Below are positions 10,485 to 20,048 of a stretch of DNA of 64,000 nucleotides, one piece after another. A program made the translations under genes and the position numbers. Source of the stretch: Bythopirellula sp. (GTDB taxonomy: Bacteria > Planctomycetota > Planctomycetia > Pirellulales > Lacipirellulaceae); contig OZ244170.1 in assembly GCA_965216565.1 (NCBI GenBank), positions 2,336,001 through 2,400,000 on the forward strand, written 5' to 3'. The first letter of the stretch is position 1; each line of letters begins with the position of its first letter. The notes under the pieces were generated by a model. It was given only the letters and a program-made list of their open reading frames with translations, was not told the DNA's origin and did not search any database.

Positions 10485-13400
10485 CAATCTGCATCCACAA
10501 CGAGTGACGATTGATAGCCCTTCACGTCCATGATCACATCACCTGCTTCACCAAGAACTACAAAGTCGTGTACGTCGCCTACTTCGTTACTCGACTGGTA
10601 GAAGAATCTCAAAGTGCAAGTTTCAAACTCCCGGGGTAGTCGCACCTGTCGATACTGCTCGATGGAGTGAGGGAGACCCACGCTCGTTTCCAACATGCAA
10701 AAACCATAGAATCCGCAACAAACCATCGACCCATCTAGGACTAAACTGGCCACCTTCATCGCTCGCGGCTGCCGATCACCCATCACTTGCTGGATCGATC
10801 CACTATTGAGTCGCGCCCTGCCTCCCCCGTGCTTGTAGTCCAATTGGTTCAGGCACTGCATGGGCTGGCCGTGAGAAATTACAATCTCTTCCGGATAGTA
10901 AAACGGGGACCAACCAAAAATTGGCGTTCCTGGATTAATGGGTTCAATCTGTGGAGGCTTGCCAAAGCGAGCTATTGCCGAGGAATAAACTCGCTCTTCA
11001 TTGATTACATCGCCCTGTGAATTGGAGAACGGAGCAATCACTTTACACGAGATACCATCAGCGACAGATTCGACCCGAACACGAACTTCACGAGCTTGGT
11101 TATCTTGAAATGCCATGCCCTTTTCCATATGGACATTTGCAAATCCGATGAACTCCTCGTCTGGGCACAGCAATTGGGCTGCCTCGGCCATCATCTCCAT
11201 CGAGATCACACCGGGCAAGAATGGTCGATCACGGAAGCGATGCTGCGCGAGGAACGGATCGTTTACCGGATCCAGTAAACAGGTGGCCTCGAAAACATTC
11301 GGCTGATTCCCAGCCACGAACGACTGAATCATCGGCAAGTCCGACGTATCGGAATTCGGAGATTCGATTGAGAGTGATGCAGCGCTACGAGGCTGCCGCT
11401 TAGGCTCGTCGCGTGGAGGTGTGGGTACAGCGGACGGTGGCAATGGAGCCGGTACTGTAGTGCGGGTCATCGTGCCATCCGTGTCGAGTATGCCACCTTG
11501 GTCAAGCAGCAAGACCTCTCGCTCCGGCGCACCTGCCAGCAATTCATTGATTAAATGGTTCGCGCCCTCATTAGCTGGCATGTAGGCAAGGCCACTGGCC
11601 TCGAGTGCCATGCGACTCTCTGGTCGCATGGCCATTCCTACATCGCCCCAAGCAGGCCAGTGGAAGCACACAGCGTGAGTTTCGGGTCGTTCCTGAGCTA
11701 GTCGGCTAGTCATTTTGGCCAACAAGTCGGACGCCAAAGAGTAGTCCGCTTGTCCTAAACCGCCGAAGCGACCGCTCGTTGACCCAAAGCCGACAAAATA
11801 CTGCAGCGGATCGTTTTGCGTGAGCTCCATCAGCAGCGCGGCTCCATCGCATTTCGAAGCGATCGTGCGGCGAACATTTTCTGGTTTTTTGCTGACAAAT
11901 TTACAGGCCGCTTCGATTCCTGCCCCGTGAATAATTCCCTCAATGGGTCCCTGCTCGGAGCGAATGCTTCGAAGTGTCGATTCCAGCTCTGTTCGATTGG
12001 TGATATCGCAACTGTGATATTGCCAGTCGATGCCCTCTTCGCTGAATTGCCGCAAACTTCCGTCCAACTCGATCGCTTTTTCGATCCGACTCCACTCGTC
12101 GATTGGCGATAAGCCATTAGCCCGCGCTTCGATGGCAATCTCTCGCTTCAACTCCTTGAGCTGAGCCTGATCCATTCCACGCCATCTAGCATCAGCAGCA
12201 GGTTCTGGAGCTGTGCCAAATAGGTGCAACTTGAGTTGGAATCGACGACCGATCTCGCGGGCGACCACGGAAGTCACGCCCCGTCCGCCACCGGTGCAAA
12301 TCCACACTCCGCCCGCGCGTATCGCGGATTGATCGCCTGCAGGCACTTCTTGTTGTACCGCTTGAACTACATACCGCTGACCATCTCGGTAGGCGACTTC
12401 TAAGTCTCCGGTACCACCGGCTAGTTCTTCCAATAGCAAATTCGCCGCTTCAGTCGGGCTCGGACTCGCATCACAATCGACAACCTTCACTTGCAACTGA
12501 GGATGTTCCCGACGTAGTGCTTTGGCGAAGCCAGTGAGACCTCCCCCAGCGAAGTCCGTGATCGCTCCGCCAAAACCCAAATCCCCGCCTAGGCGAGTGA
12601 CAGCGGAAACGGTGACACTCTCCGAAACATCTTGGGTTGCTAAGGTGATGAGCCATTTCTGGACGTCAGCACACAATTGCACAAACTCGTCAGACGGATT
12701 CGAACCAGCTAGCTGTCGACCTAAATCTTCGCCGCAGCAAGCGAGTATTAAATGTTCGGGAGCTTCTCCACCGAACTCGTTCATCACTGAATCTATGTCG
12801 GCATGGACAGAAGCTGTGCCGCCTTGCTCTCGAATTGCAACGGAACATGCCTTGGCAAATTCGCCTTCCCCCAACACTCCGTAACGCTTTCCAGCACAGA
12901 CGCTACGCGGGTTGGCCGGCGGTAGGTTTTCTACAGTCGTCCTTAAAACCCAGCGTTTCATGACTGTAGTAATCTGATCTTCTTCGACAAAACCCTGCGT
13001 TCGTTTTGGTTGCGGTAGATATTCGGATAAGTTGAGTGTAAACGTACCACCAGATTGTTTGTGTACGAACCGAATTACTTGGGAATCGTTTGTCTGTGAT
13101 TCGTGAAATGCACGTTGCATCTCTGTGCCCTGCTGGACCGGCACCGCTTCTCTAGCCCCACCATCGAAGCTCAGGTATTCAGCACTTCGTCGAGTGGGGC
13201 TGCTTAGGCCGATACACCATTGGCCCTGGATTGCTAACTCGCTCAGCTGGGACTTGGCATCTGCCAAGGTGGTCGACTTCGCTAGAATCTGATGCAAACG
13301 ACCTGTTACCTTCACCACGTCTTCGGCCAATGTGTTTGCACTGAGAGGTTCGCAACTCACAGCAAGCCCTGCCGAGTTGACGCCAGCACGAATATGAATC

Positions 13401-16400
13401 TGACCCACTTCGGCAATACCCAAGTAGGGAAGTTGCTCGACTTCATGATGAACATGTACTGCTACGGGAACCGCAAAAGCTCCGGTACCACTAGCGGTTG
13501 CCGTATCGTCGCTAAATCCGCAGACCCAGTTGCTCATTGGTGCGAACTGTTGGTTGAGCTTTACGACTGACTGCTGCGGGACACTCGCCCCAATGGCTGC
13601 CCCTACCAGTGCGTCATTCAAGGCACAGGGCCATTCGACTAGTTCGTTCGTTGCGCTCGTCGACCAACTATCCATCATACGCGCCAGAGCAGCCTGAACC
13701 TCGTCGCGCAACATTTCGCCGTACTGGCGGCCTCGCTGATCCGCAGTTCCATAAAGTTCAACGACCTGCACGACGTCTTGCTGTGTGTTGCCACTAGAAT
13801 TCCGCTCAGTTGCTATTGGTGCCGTCACTTCGGGCGCAGAAACGGGAGTTTCCACAGGAGCTGAAGTAACGGACGTCACTACTTCCACAGACACGATTTC
13901 CGAAGCGGCCATCGGTGCTGCGGAGGCCCCTAATTCTTCCTGGAGGAAACACAATACATGGCCAAGGGTGGGGAAGTCGTCCAAAGATAAATCTTCCCGT
14001 GGGGCAATCTGGAAATGGGCTCCCACTTCACCAAACAGCTGAGCTTTCTTGATGCTATCGATACCCAAATCGGCTTCCAGATCGGCATCAAGTTCAATGA
14101 TCTCCTCGGGATAGCCTGTCTGCTCAACCACGAAGTCGACCAGGACACGACGAATCTCGCTATCGTCGATGGAAGTCGATGTTTCCATGCTCGATGGAAT
14201 TGGTTCCGCAGATACCGACCCATTAGAGTGGCTGAGCGTTTCGGCAGAAGTTTGGGAACTGGAGGGGGGAGTCTGACTCTCGATCAGGCCCACAGTGGGA
14301 TTGCTGGCCGGCTCTGGCGATGAAGCGGAGGAGGCACTGAGTTCTAAACACAGAAATTCCAGTACATGCCCCAAGGTAGGAAAATCATCCAGAGACAAAT
14401 CTTCGCGGGGCGCGATCCGAAAATGCGCGCCCACCTCGCCGAAAAGTTGGGCCTTTTTGATACTATCGATTCCCAGATCCGCTTCCAGATCAGCATCGAG
14501 TTCGATGATCTCTTCCGGATAGCCCGTCTGCTCAACCACAAAATCAATTAATACCTGACGGATTTCCTGCTCTGCAACAGCTCCACTTGTGGGAGCCACG
14601 ACACCAGCAGGCGTTTGTGCCACGGGCGCCGGCAATGGAGCAGAGTCGTGGACAGAATCCTGAATTCGAGAGGCAGGCATTTGAATCTCTTGCTCGACCG
14701 TCGTTGTACTCCCATTCGCACTAGATTCGATACTCTGAGTCGTGACAGGGTTTGAATCCGTTCCGGCTCCCAGTTCTTCTCGCAAAAATGCTAATACATG
14801 CTCTAGAGTAGGAAAATCATCCAGAGACAAATCTTCGCGCGGCGCGATCCGGAAATGTGCACCCACCTCGCCGAATAGTTGAGCCTTCTTAATGCTATCG
14901 ATTCCAAGGTCCGCTTCCAAATCGGCATCCAACTCGATGATTTCTTCTGGATAGCCGGTCTGCTCTACAACAAACTCTATCAGCACCTGACGGATTTCGG
15001 CTTCTGCTACGGCGGTGCTATCCGAAGCAGCGGCCACTGGGGAAGTGTGTTCAGTTTGTTGCACAACCAATTCCGACGACGTACTTGCAGGTTGTGGGGA
15101 AGCAGGCTGTGTTGATGTCGCTGGAGCACTGACGGACTCGGTCGAAAAGCTCGATTGAGTCGTGGAGCCGTTGCTATGCGTGTTTTCGTATTGGTTGACG
15201 GATCCATTCGATCTGACTGACGCCTCTGGAGAAGCCGCAGGGGCAGCACCCTCGTTCGCTTTAGCTTTGCGGACCTGGGACCCTACTGAATGGCTCTTAC
15301 CCGGAGCAGTGCCGCCCTTCGATGCGGCCCGTAAACGTTCGCGTCGTTTCTCAGTTGCATCAAAGACTATAAACTGAGCGTCTCCTCGTCGGCCTCGGAA
15401 GGTAGGATCTTGGGCCCGTGTTCCTGGAACAAGACAATCAAGGCACTCTGCCTGGGCTTGAATATCGATGATCGCCAACTCACCCGGACGCTGGGAGTTG
15501 TCCGTAGACATGAATACAACTTCTGATTCGGGAAGATTCCGCTTACCAAGTCGGGTAAGTACCTGTTTGGGCCCCACTTCTACCAACAGGGCCGGACGGT
15601 GGCTGAGAACTTGATTGAGAATCTGCGGGAAGTCGACCTTAGTCACCAATTGTTTTTCCAGACTCTGCAGGAACTGTTCCCGCGTGTTCATCTCACCCAA
15701 TTGTGCGGTAGAAACCACAGGAACAGAAGTTTCCTGGAGCGGCATCGATTGCAAACGCTCCATCAGGTTCTCCGCCACAGGCTGCAGCAAGGGAGAATGG
15801 AAAGGGCAGGGCACGTTCAATTTGACTGCTACTTGCTTGCGTTGGGTGAGACTCTGGGCCGCCTGCTCCATGGCGATGGTTGAACCGGAAAGCACAACTT
15901 GGTCGCGACTATTAAAATTGGCAACATAGGCATCTGGTATGTCCTGCAGCACTTCTTCGACGACCTCGATGGGAGCAGACGTTGCGACCATGTGGCCGCG
16001 AGCGCCTGCCGACTGCTCGATCGCTTCAGCGCGGTGAATTGCTGCTCGAATGGCATCGGTTATACTCCAGCCACCTGCGGCAGTGATCGCAGGGTATTCG
16101 CCAAAGCTATGGCCCGCTATTACACTTGGCCGCACACCCCGGCTGCGCAGCGACTGCTCGACAATCCAAGCGGAGACCAACATCGAAGTTTGCGTTCGCC
16201 AGACGGCTTCGCCCAAACCCACCGCCTCGCTGCCTATCAGTTCTTCTAATGCGCCTAGGCCAAGCAGATCAAATGCTGCCTGCACTTGCTCGGCGGCACT
16301 TTGAGCAGCTTGATTGCTAGAAATCAACTCGTGAAACATGCCCGGGTATTGCGAACCAAGTCCGGGAAACATAAATCCCGTACAGCAATAGTCCGCCCGG

Positions 16401-19400
16401 GGCACACCGAAGAAAATTCCCTCCGCGGACCAACGATTTCGCAATTCGTGGCGAAGCTTATCGAATTCCGCGCTGGCTTTTGCAATTTGATTTTGAAGCT
16501 GTGCAGCATCCTGGCAAACAAATGCCATCCTGGCCCGATCCTGTACCTGGAAGCTCCTGCGTTGTTGGAACAACTCTGCCGCGTTCGCATCTGCAAGGGC
16601 GGCAGGCAACGACTTCCAACTGGACGCGCCAAGGCGAATTACTTCAACACTAGAATCATCTTTCAAATTCATTGATTGGAACTGAGCTTTCTGAGGCGGG
16701 CTGACTGCAGGAGCAGGTTTATGGACTGTATCTACGATGGCATGATAGGCGGTGCCTATTTCCATTGCGGAGACGATCCCAATTGAACTGGCTCCCGCTA
16801 CATCAATTGCCTTAGCTTCTTGCAATGGTTGGACGGCAGATGATGGAAATAAACTGGGACGGGGATTCTGTGGGACGATACCCGCGGGAAGCTTCTTATG
16901 ATCCTCAGCCAGGCAAGCCTTGATGACCGCCGCCATTGAGTGATTGGCCCCCATATATCCGAACTGCGAGACCAGCGAACTAACGGGCAGAGGCTCGCTA
17001 TCGGAACGCTTTTCGCAGCAGGCCGTCACCTGATGCAGCATTTGTTCTTCTAAATCTGGGACCGAACCAATGACGTCCATCATGCACAAATCGTCGGGAC
17101 CGATGCCAGTTTGCTCCCACGTTCTTGTGATGGCCTGGCGAATGGCATCGCCCGGCTGCTGCCAATTGGCCCCGCAACCGATACCGCGGATGACCGAATA
17201 AATTTTGTCGCCATCACGCTCGGCATCGCTTAGCCGTTTCAAGGCAAGGACTCCGCAACCCTCACCCGGCACAAAACCTTGGCCATCAGCTTCAAAGTCT
17301 GCCTGAGGATTTCGGGCCAGCATCTTCTGATTGGTGAGGCTCTCATAAATAACGAGGTCCATGCTCCGCTCGCCTACCGCACAAAGCATCATGTCGCAAT
17401 CGGTGCTTCGGAGTGTATCGAGACATACCGAGAGTGCCGCCATCCCTGTGGGCAGACTACCATCGAGGCTTAGCGCTCCGCCTTTGAGATTGAAAGTCTT
17501 CGTGATTCGCGACGCAAGCGTACTGCTGGTGAAGCTACCGGTTTCGTCAATCAGCGCTGGCATATCCTTCAGCACTTGTTTGTCGAATTCGCTTAGAACT
17601 TCCTCGACATTGGACAGGGCGATGCCATTAGTGGCAAAGAGTCGACGCAGCTTTTGAGCAAGCTCTGGCAGGCGCAGACCCACCTGCAATTGATTGGCGA
17701 ATTCACCGCCAAATATTGAGCCCACGACAACGCCGATCCGCTCCCGAGGAAGCTTATCGCCGTAGTAGCCGGAATTCTTGAGGGCCCTGTCGGCCGCATC
17801 GAGGAGTTGGAATTGCAATGGATTCGCGTTGGCCACCTGCTTGGGTGGTACCTTGTGCGATCGCCAGTCGTATTGATAGTCGGTGATAAATCCACCGCGT
17901 GCGCCAATACTGCGGTACTTCTGCGGGCTCGACGAGCAATAGTGCTGGACATTCCAGCGATCTTTGGGAGCGTCGCGTTTGGGATCTTGACCTGATTTCA
18001 GAAGTTGCCAAAACTCTTCGGGAGACTCGGCACCCGGCAAAATCGTGCCAATGCCGATCACCGCGATGGGTTCCAGGGGTTCGGATTTGAGCCGCGACTG
18101 CGGACTGCCCTTCACACCGTAATGTTCGAGTGGCTTGGAAGCGTCGTATTCCTCTAAGACAACATGGACGTTGAGGCCGCCGATACCGAAAGCGTTGACA
18201 GCCGCTTTGCGAGTTTCTCCCTCCGTTCTCCGCGGCCAAGGCTGTGGAGCGTTTGGAAGCCGAAATGGGAGTTCATCCCAAGCAACGTTCTTGTTCGGAT
18301 TCTCAAGGTTAGCGCAAGGAGGAAACGTTTCGTGCTCCATCGCCAGAATTGTCTTAACCATACCTGCCATACCAGCAGTCTCCAGCGTGTGACCAACGTT
18401 GGCTTTGACACTGCCGATGGGTATCTTTTCTTGGCCTGGCTCCGGCTGTGGAAATGTATCGGCCAAGGCAGAAAGTTCAGTGGCGTCTCCCACCTGTGTG
18501 GATGTGGCATGGGCCTCGACATATTGAATTTCAGCAGGCGTAAACTGGCATTTCTCGTAAGCGCGCTGAACTGCCAGTTTTTGTCCTGTTTTTAGAGGTG
18601 CCCAGAGGCTTTTGCCTTTGCCATCGGCACTCATTCCGATGCCTCGAACCACACATCGAACGGGATCACCGTCGCGAACTGCAGCTTCCAGGGTTTTGAC
18701 GATCACATTCACGTAACCTTCAGATGTCACCAGTCCACTGGCGTCTTCGTCAAACGGCCGAGACCTACTATTCGTCACAGACTGAGCTGCTGAGAAGAGG
18801 ATGAGCGATTCCTTTTTGCAAACAGAGGCTCCCCCGACAACCGCCATGTCGATGTGCCCTTGCTGCAGGGCCCGCGAAGCTAAGGCTAGAGCCTGCATTG
18901 ACGATGCACAGGCCGCATCGATCACCATCGACGGGCCCTCAAGCCCAAATGCCCTACTAATCAGTTGCGCACCTGTGCTTGAATCTAGCTTTAGCTCTGC
19001 GTTTGAATCTCGATGGTCGTTCTCGCGCCGTACTTCCTCGATCAACTGGTCGACAACCGCACGCCGTTGTTCAACGGGAAGATGAGCCAACGAATCAAGG
19101 TCCATCAGGTAATTTGCAACTTGCTCGATGTAGATCGCAAATACCACATCGCCAGCTTTGTTCGTTCCGCCGGTATGGCCTATATAGACACCGACGTTTT
19201 TGGTCGGCAAGTTAAATGGATCGAGTTTCGCATCTCGTAAAGCGTCTGAGGCAACCTCGCAAGTCGTTAGATGTGCGGGATCGTAGTCACCCAAGATTCC
19301 CTCGGGCAGACGACATTTGGTATTGTCGAAGGGCAAACGATCGACGAGTCCACCCATAAACGAATAGCTCTTGCCTAGGACTCCCTTCTCTGGATCGAAA

Positions 19401-19549
19401 TAGAGTTCTCGATCAAGAATCTCTTCTGGCAGTTCGCCGGTTGCATCTCGAGCCGAACGAATCAATTCCCAATACTCGTCGGGGCCATTCGCACCGGGCA
19501 CCCTGCAAGAGATACCAATAATTGCGAGTGGTTGAGATAAGGAACTCAT
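10484..19549 (-). CDS. Iterative type I PKS/PfaA-HglE-like fatty acyl synthase: KS-KS0(CLF-like)-AT-ACP3-(C45-like)-KR-DH
   Basis: KS1 has DAACASS/EAHATST/NVGHT. KS2 is degenerate. AT has GHSFG and PFHS. Three DLGIDSIKK ACPs. KR has TGGGRGV...HGAG...QADY. DH has HRFRDRPFLP. Start MSSLSQP at 19549 after a G-rich RBS. Confidence 0.92.
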   Translation of the reverse strand: MSSLSQPLAIIGISCRVPGANGPDEYWELIRSARDATGELPEEILDRELYFDPEKGVLGKSYSFMGGLVDRLPFDNTKCRLPEGILGDYDPAHLTTCEVASDALRDAKLDPFNLPTKNVGVYIGHTGGTNKAGDVVFAIYIEQVANYLMDLDSLAHLPVEQRRAVVDQLIEEVRRENDHRDSNAELKLDSSTGAQLISRAFGLEGPSMVIDAACASSMQALALASRALQQGHIDMAVVGGASVCKKESLILFSAAQSVTNSRSRPFDEDASGLVTSEGYVNVIVKTLEAAVRDGDPVRCVVRGIGMSADGKGKSLWAPLKTGQKLAVQRAYEKCQFTPAEIQYVEAHATSTQVGDATELSALADTFPQPEPGQEKIPIGSVKANVGHTLETAGMAGMVKTILAMEHETFPPCANLENPNKNVAWDELPFRLPNAPQPWPRRTEGETRKAAVNAFGIGGLNVHVVLEEYDASKPLEHYGVKGSPQSRLKSEPLEPIAVIGIGTILPGAESPEEFWQLLKSGQDPKRDAPKDRWNVQHYCSSSPQKYRSIGARGGFITDYQYDWRSHKVPPKQVANANPLQFQLLDAADRALKNSGYYGDKLPRERIGVVVGSIFGGEFANQLQVGLRLPELAQKLRRLFATNGIALSNVEEVLSEFDKQVLKDMPALIDETGSFTSSTLASRITKTFNLKGGALSLDGSLPTGMAALSVCLDTLRSTDCDMMLCAVGERSMDLVIYESLTNQKMLARNPQADFEADGQGFVPGEGCGVLALKRLSDAERDGDKIYSVIRGIGCGANWQQPGDAIRQAITRTWEQTGIGPDDLCMMDVIGSVPDLEEQMLHQVTACCEKRSDSEPLPVSSLVSQFGYMGANHSMAAVIKACLAEDHKKLPAGIVPQNPRPSLFPSSAVQPLQEAKAIDVAGASSIGIVSAMEIGTAYHAIVDTVHKPAPAVSPPQKAQFQSMNLKDDSSVEVIRLGASSWKSLPAALADANAAELFQQRRSFQVQDRARMAFVCQDAAQLQNQIAKASAEFDKLRHELRNRWSAEGIFFGVPRADYCCTGFMFPGLGSQYPGMFHELISSNQAAQSAAEQVQAAFDLLGLGALEELIGSEAVGLGEAVWRTQTSMLVSAWIVEQSLRSRGVRPSVIAGHSFGEYPAITAAGGWSITDAIRAAIHRAEAIEQSAGARGHMVATSAPIEVVEEVLQDIPDAYVANFNSRDQVVLSGSTIAMEQAAQSLTQRKQVAVKLNVPCPFHSPLLQPVAENLMERLQSMPLQETSVPVVSTAQLGEMNTREQFLQSLEKQLVTKVDFPQILNQVLSHRPALLVEVGPKQVLTRLGKRNLPESEVVFMSTDNSQRPGELAIIDIQAQAECLDCLVPGTRAQDPTFRGRRGDAQFIVFDATEKRRERLRAASKGGTAPGKSHSVGSQVRKAKANEGAAPAASPEASVRSNGSVNQYENTHSNGSTTQSSFSTESVSAPATSTQPASPQPASTSSELVVQQTEHTSPVAAASDSTAVAEAEIRQVLIEFVVEQTGYPEEIIELDADLEADLGIDSIKKAQLFGEVGAHFRIAPREDLSLDDFPTLEHVLAFLREELGAGTDSNPVTTQSIESSANGSTTTVEQEIQMPASRIQDSVHDSAPLPAPVAQTPAGVVAPTSGAVAEQEIRQVLIDFVVEQTGYPEEIIELDADLEADLGIDSIKKAQLFGEVGAHFRIAPREDLSLDDFPTLGHVLEFLCLELSASSASSPEPASNPTVGLIESQTPPSSSQTSAETLSHSNGSVSAEPIPSSMETSTSIDDSEIRRVLVDFVVEQTGYPEEIIELDADLEADLGIDSIKKAQLFGEVGAHFQIAPREDLSLDDFPTLGHVLCFLQEELGASAAPMAASEIVSVEVVTSVTSAPVETPVSAPEVTAPIATERNSSGNTQQDVVQVVELYGTADQRGRQYGEMLRDEVQAALARMMDSWSTSATNELVEWPCALNDALVGAAIGASVPQQSVVKLNQQFAPMSNWVCGFSDDTATASGTGAFAVPVAVHVHHEVEQLPYLGIAEVGQIHIRAGVNSAGLAVSCEPLSANTLAEDVVKVTGRLHQILAKSTTLADAKSQLSELAIQGQWCIGLSSPTRRSAEYLSFDGGAREAVPVQQGTEMQRAFHESQTNDSQVIRFVHKQSGGTFTLNLSEYLPQPKRTQGFVEEDQITTVMKRWVLRTTVENLPPANPRSVCAGKRYGVLGEGEFAKACSVAIREQGGTASVHADIDSVMNEFGGEAPEHLILACCGEDLGRQLAGSNPSDEFVQLCADVQKWLITLATQDVSESVTVSAVTRLGGDLGFGGAITDFAGGGLTGFAKALRREHPQLQVKVVDCDASPSPTEAANLLLEELAGGTGDLEVAYRDGQRYVVQAVQQEVPAGDQSAIRAGGVWICTGGGRGVTSVVAREIGRRFQLKLHLFGTAPEPAADARWRGMDQAQLKELKREIAIEARANGLSPIDEWSRIEKAIELDGSLRQFSEEGIDWQYHSCDITNRTELESTLRSIRSEQGPIEGIIHGAGIEAACKFVSKKPENVRRTIASKCDGAALLMELTQNDPLQYFVGFGSTSGRFGGLGQADYSLASDLLAKMTSRLAQERPETHAVCFHWPAWGDVGMAMRPESRMALEASGLAYMPANEGANHLINELLAGAPEREVLLLDQGGILDTDGTMTRTTVPAPLPPSAVPTPPRDEPKRQPRSAASLSIESPNSDTSDLPMIQSFVAGNQPNVFEATCLLDPVNDPFLAQHRFRDRPFLPGVISMEMMAEAAQLLCPDEEFIGFANVHMEKGMAFQDNQAREVRVRVESVADGISCKVIAPFSNSQGDVINEERVYSSAIARFGKPPQIEPINPGTPIFGWSPFYYPEEIVISHGQPMQCLNQLDYKHGGGRARLNSGSIQQVMGDRQPRAMKVASLVLDGSMVCCGFYGFCMLETSVGLPHSIEQYRQVRLPREFETCTLRFFYQSSNEVGDVHDFVVLGEAGDVIMDVKGYQSSLVVDAD
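13943..14995 (-). repeat. Three tandem ACP domain copies (13943-14155, 14351-14563, 14781-14995)
   Basis: Near-identical peptide IRxVLxxFVVEQTGYPEEIIELDADLEADLGIDSIKKAQLFGEVGAHFxIAPREDLSLDDFPTL, separated by S/T/P/A-rich linkers. Confidence 0.95.
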
Positions 19550-19735
19550 CTGATGCTGCCCCCCTGGAAGCTTAGGCACTGATGTCTTTCGAGAATGACT
19601 GCGGACCACGGGATATCTGAACCAACCCAATGGATTGGCAAGTGCACGACGACTTAGCTAGCTGAACCAGACGCATGCTGAATTCTTACTGCGTTAACCC
19701 AACAAAAATCCGTAGTAGGTGCAAATATGGAAGAC

Positions 19736-19905
19736 TATCATTGTATTTTAGTGGTGGGCCGGTACAAGGGTTTAGGCTATCTAGAGTAAATAGAAAACCC
19801 GGATGGACTGGCTCACTTGTGCACTGATCTCTTGTTGTGCGACTCCTAGATTCGACGGAGAGGCCATCAGCCACCCACCAAGTGCGACAGAATCTTGGTA
19901 TACTG
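19736..19905. promoter_or_regulatory. Divergent promoter region between the PKS and the thioester reductase
   Basis: TACAAT on the minus strand (19740-19745) and extended -10-like TGGTATACT on the plus strand (about 19896-19904). Confidence 0.35.
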
Positions 19906-20048
19906 CGAACTTTAAGTAGAATGAGGCAACTGCACTATGGACCATTCACAGCTTCTGGCAGCCCTATTCCTGACGGTTGCGAGTGAGTTTCAGACAGTCT
20001 GGAGCCCAGATTGGCCCTGCAATTCGAACTACTTGGCCAACAAATAGC

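Noticed and set aside
13943..14995. Repeats as CRISPR array or assembly artefact
   Set aside because: In-frame ACP domains with synonymous divergence and unique linkers.
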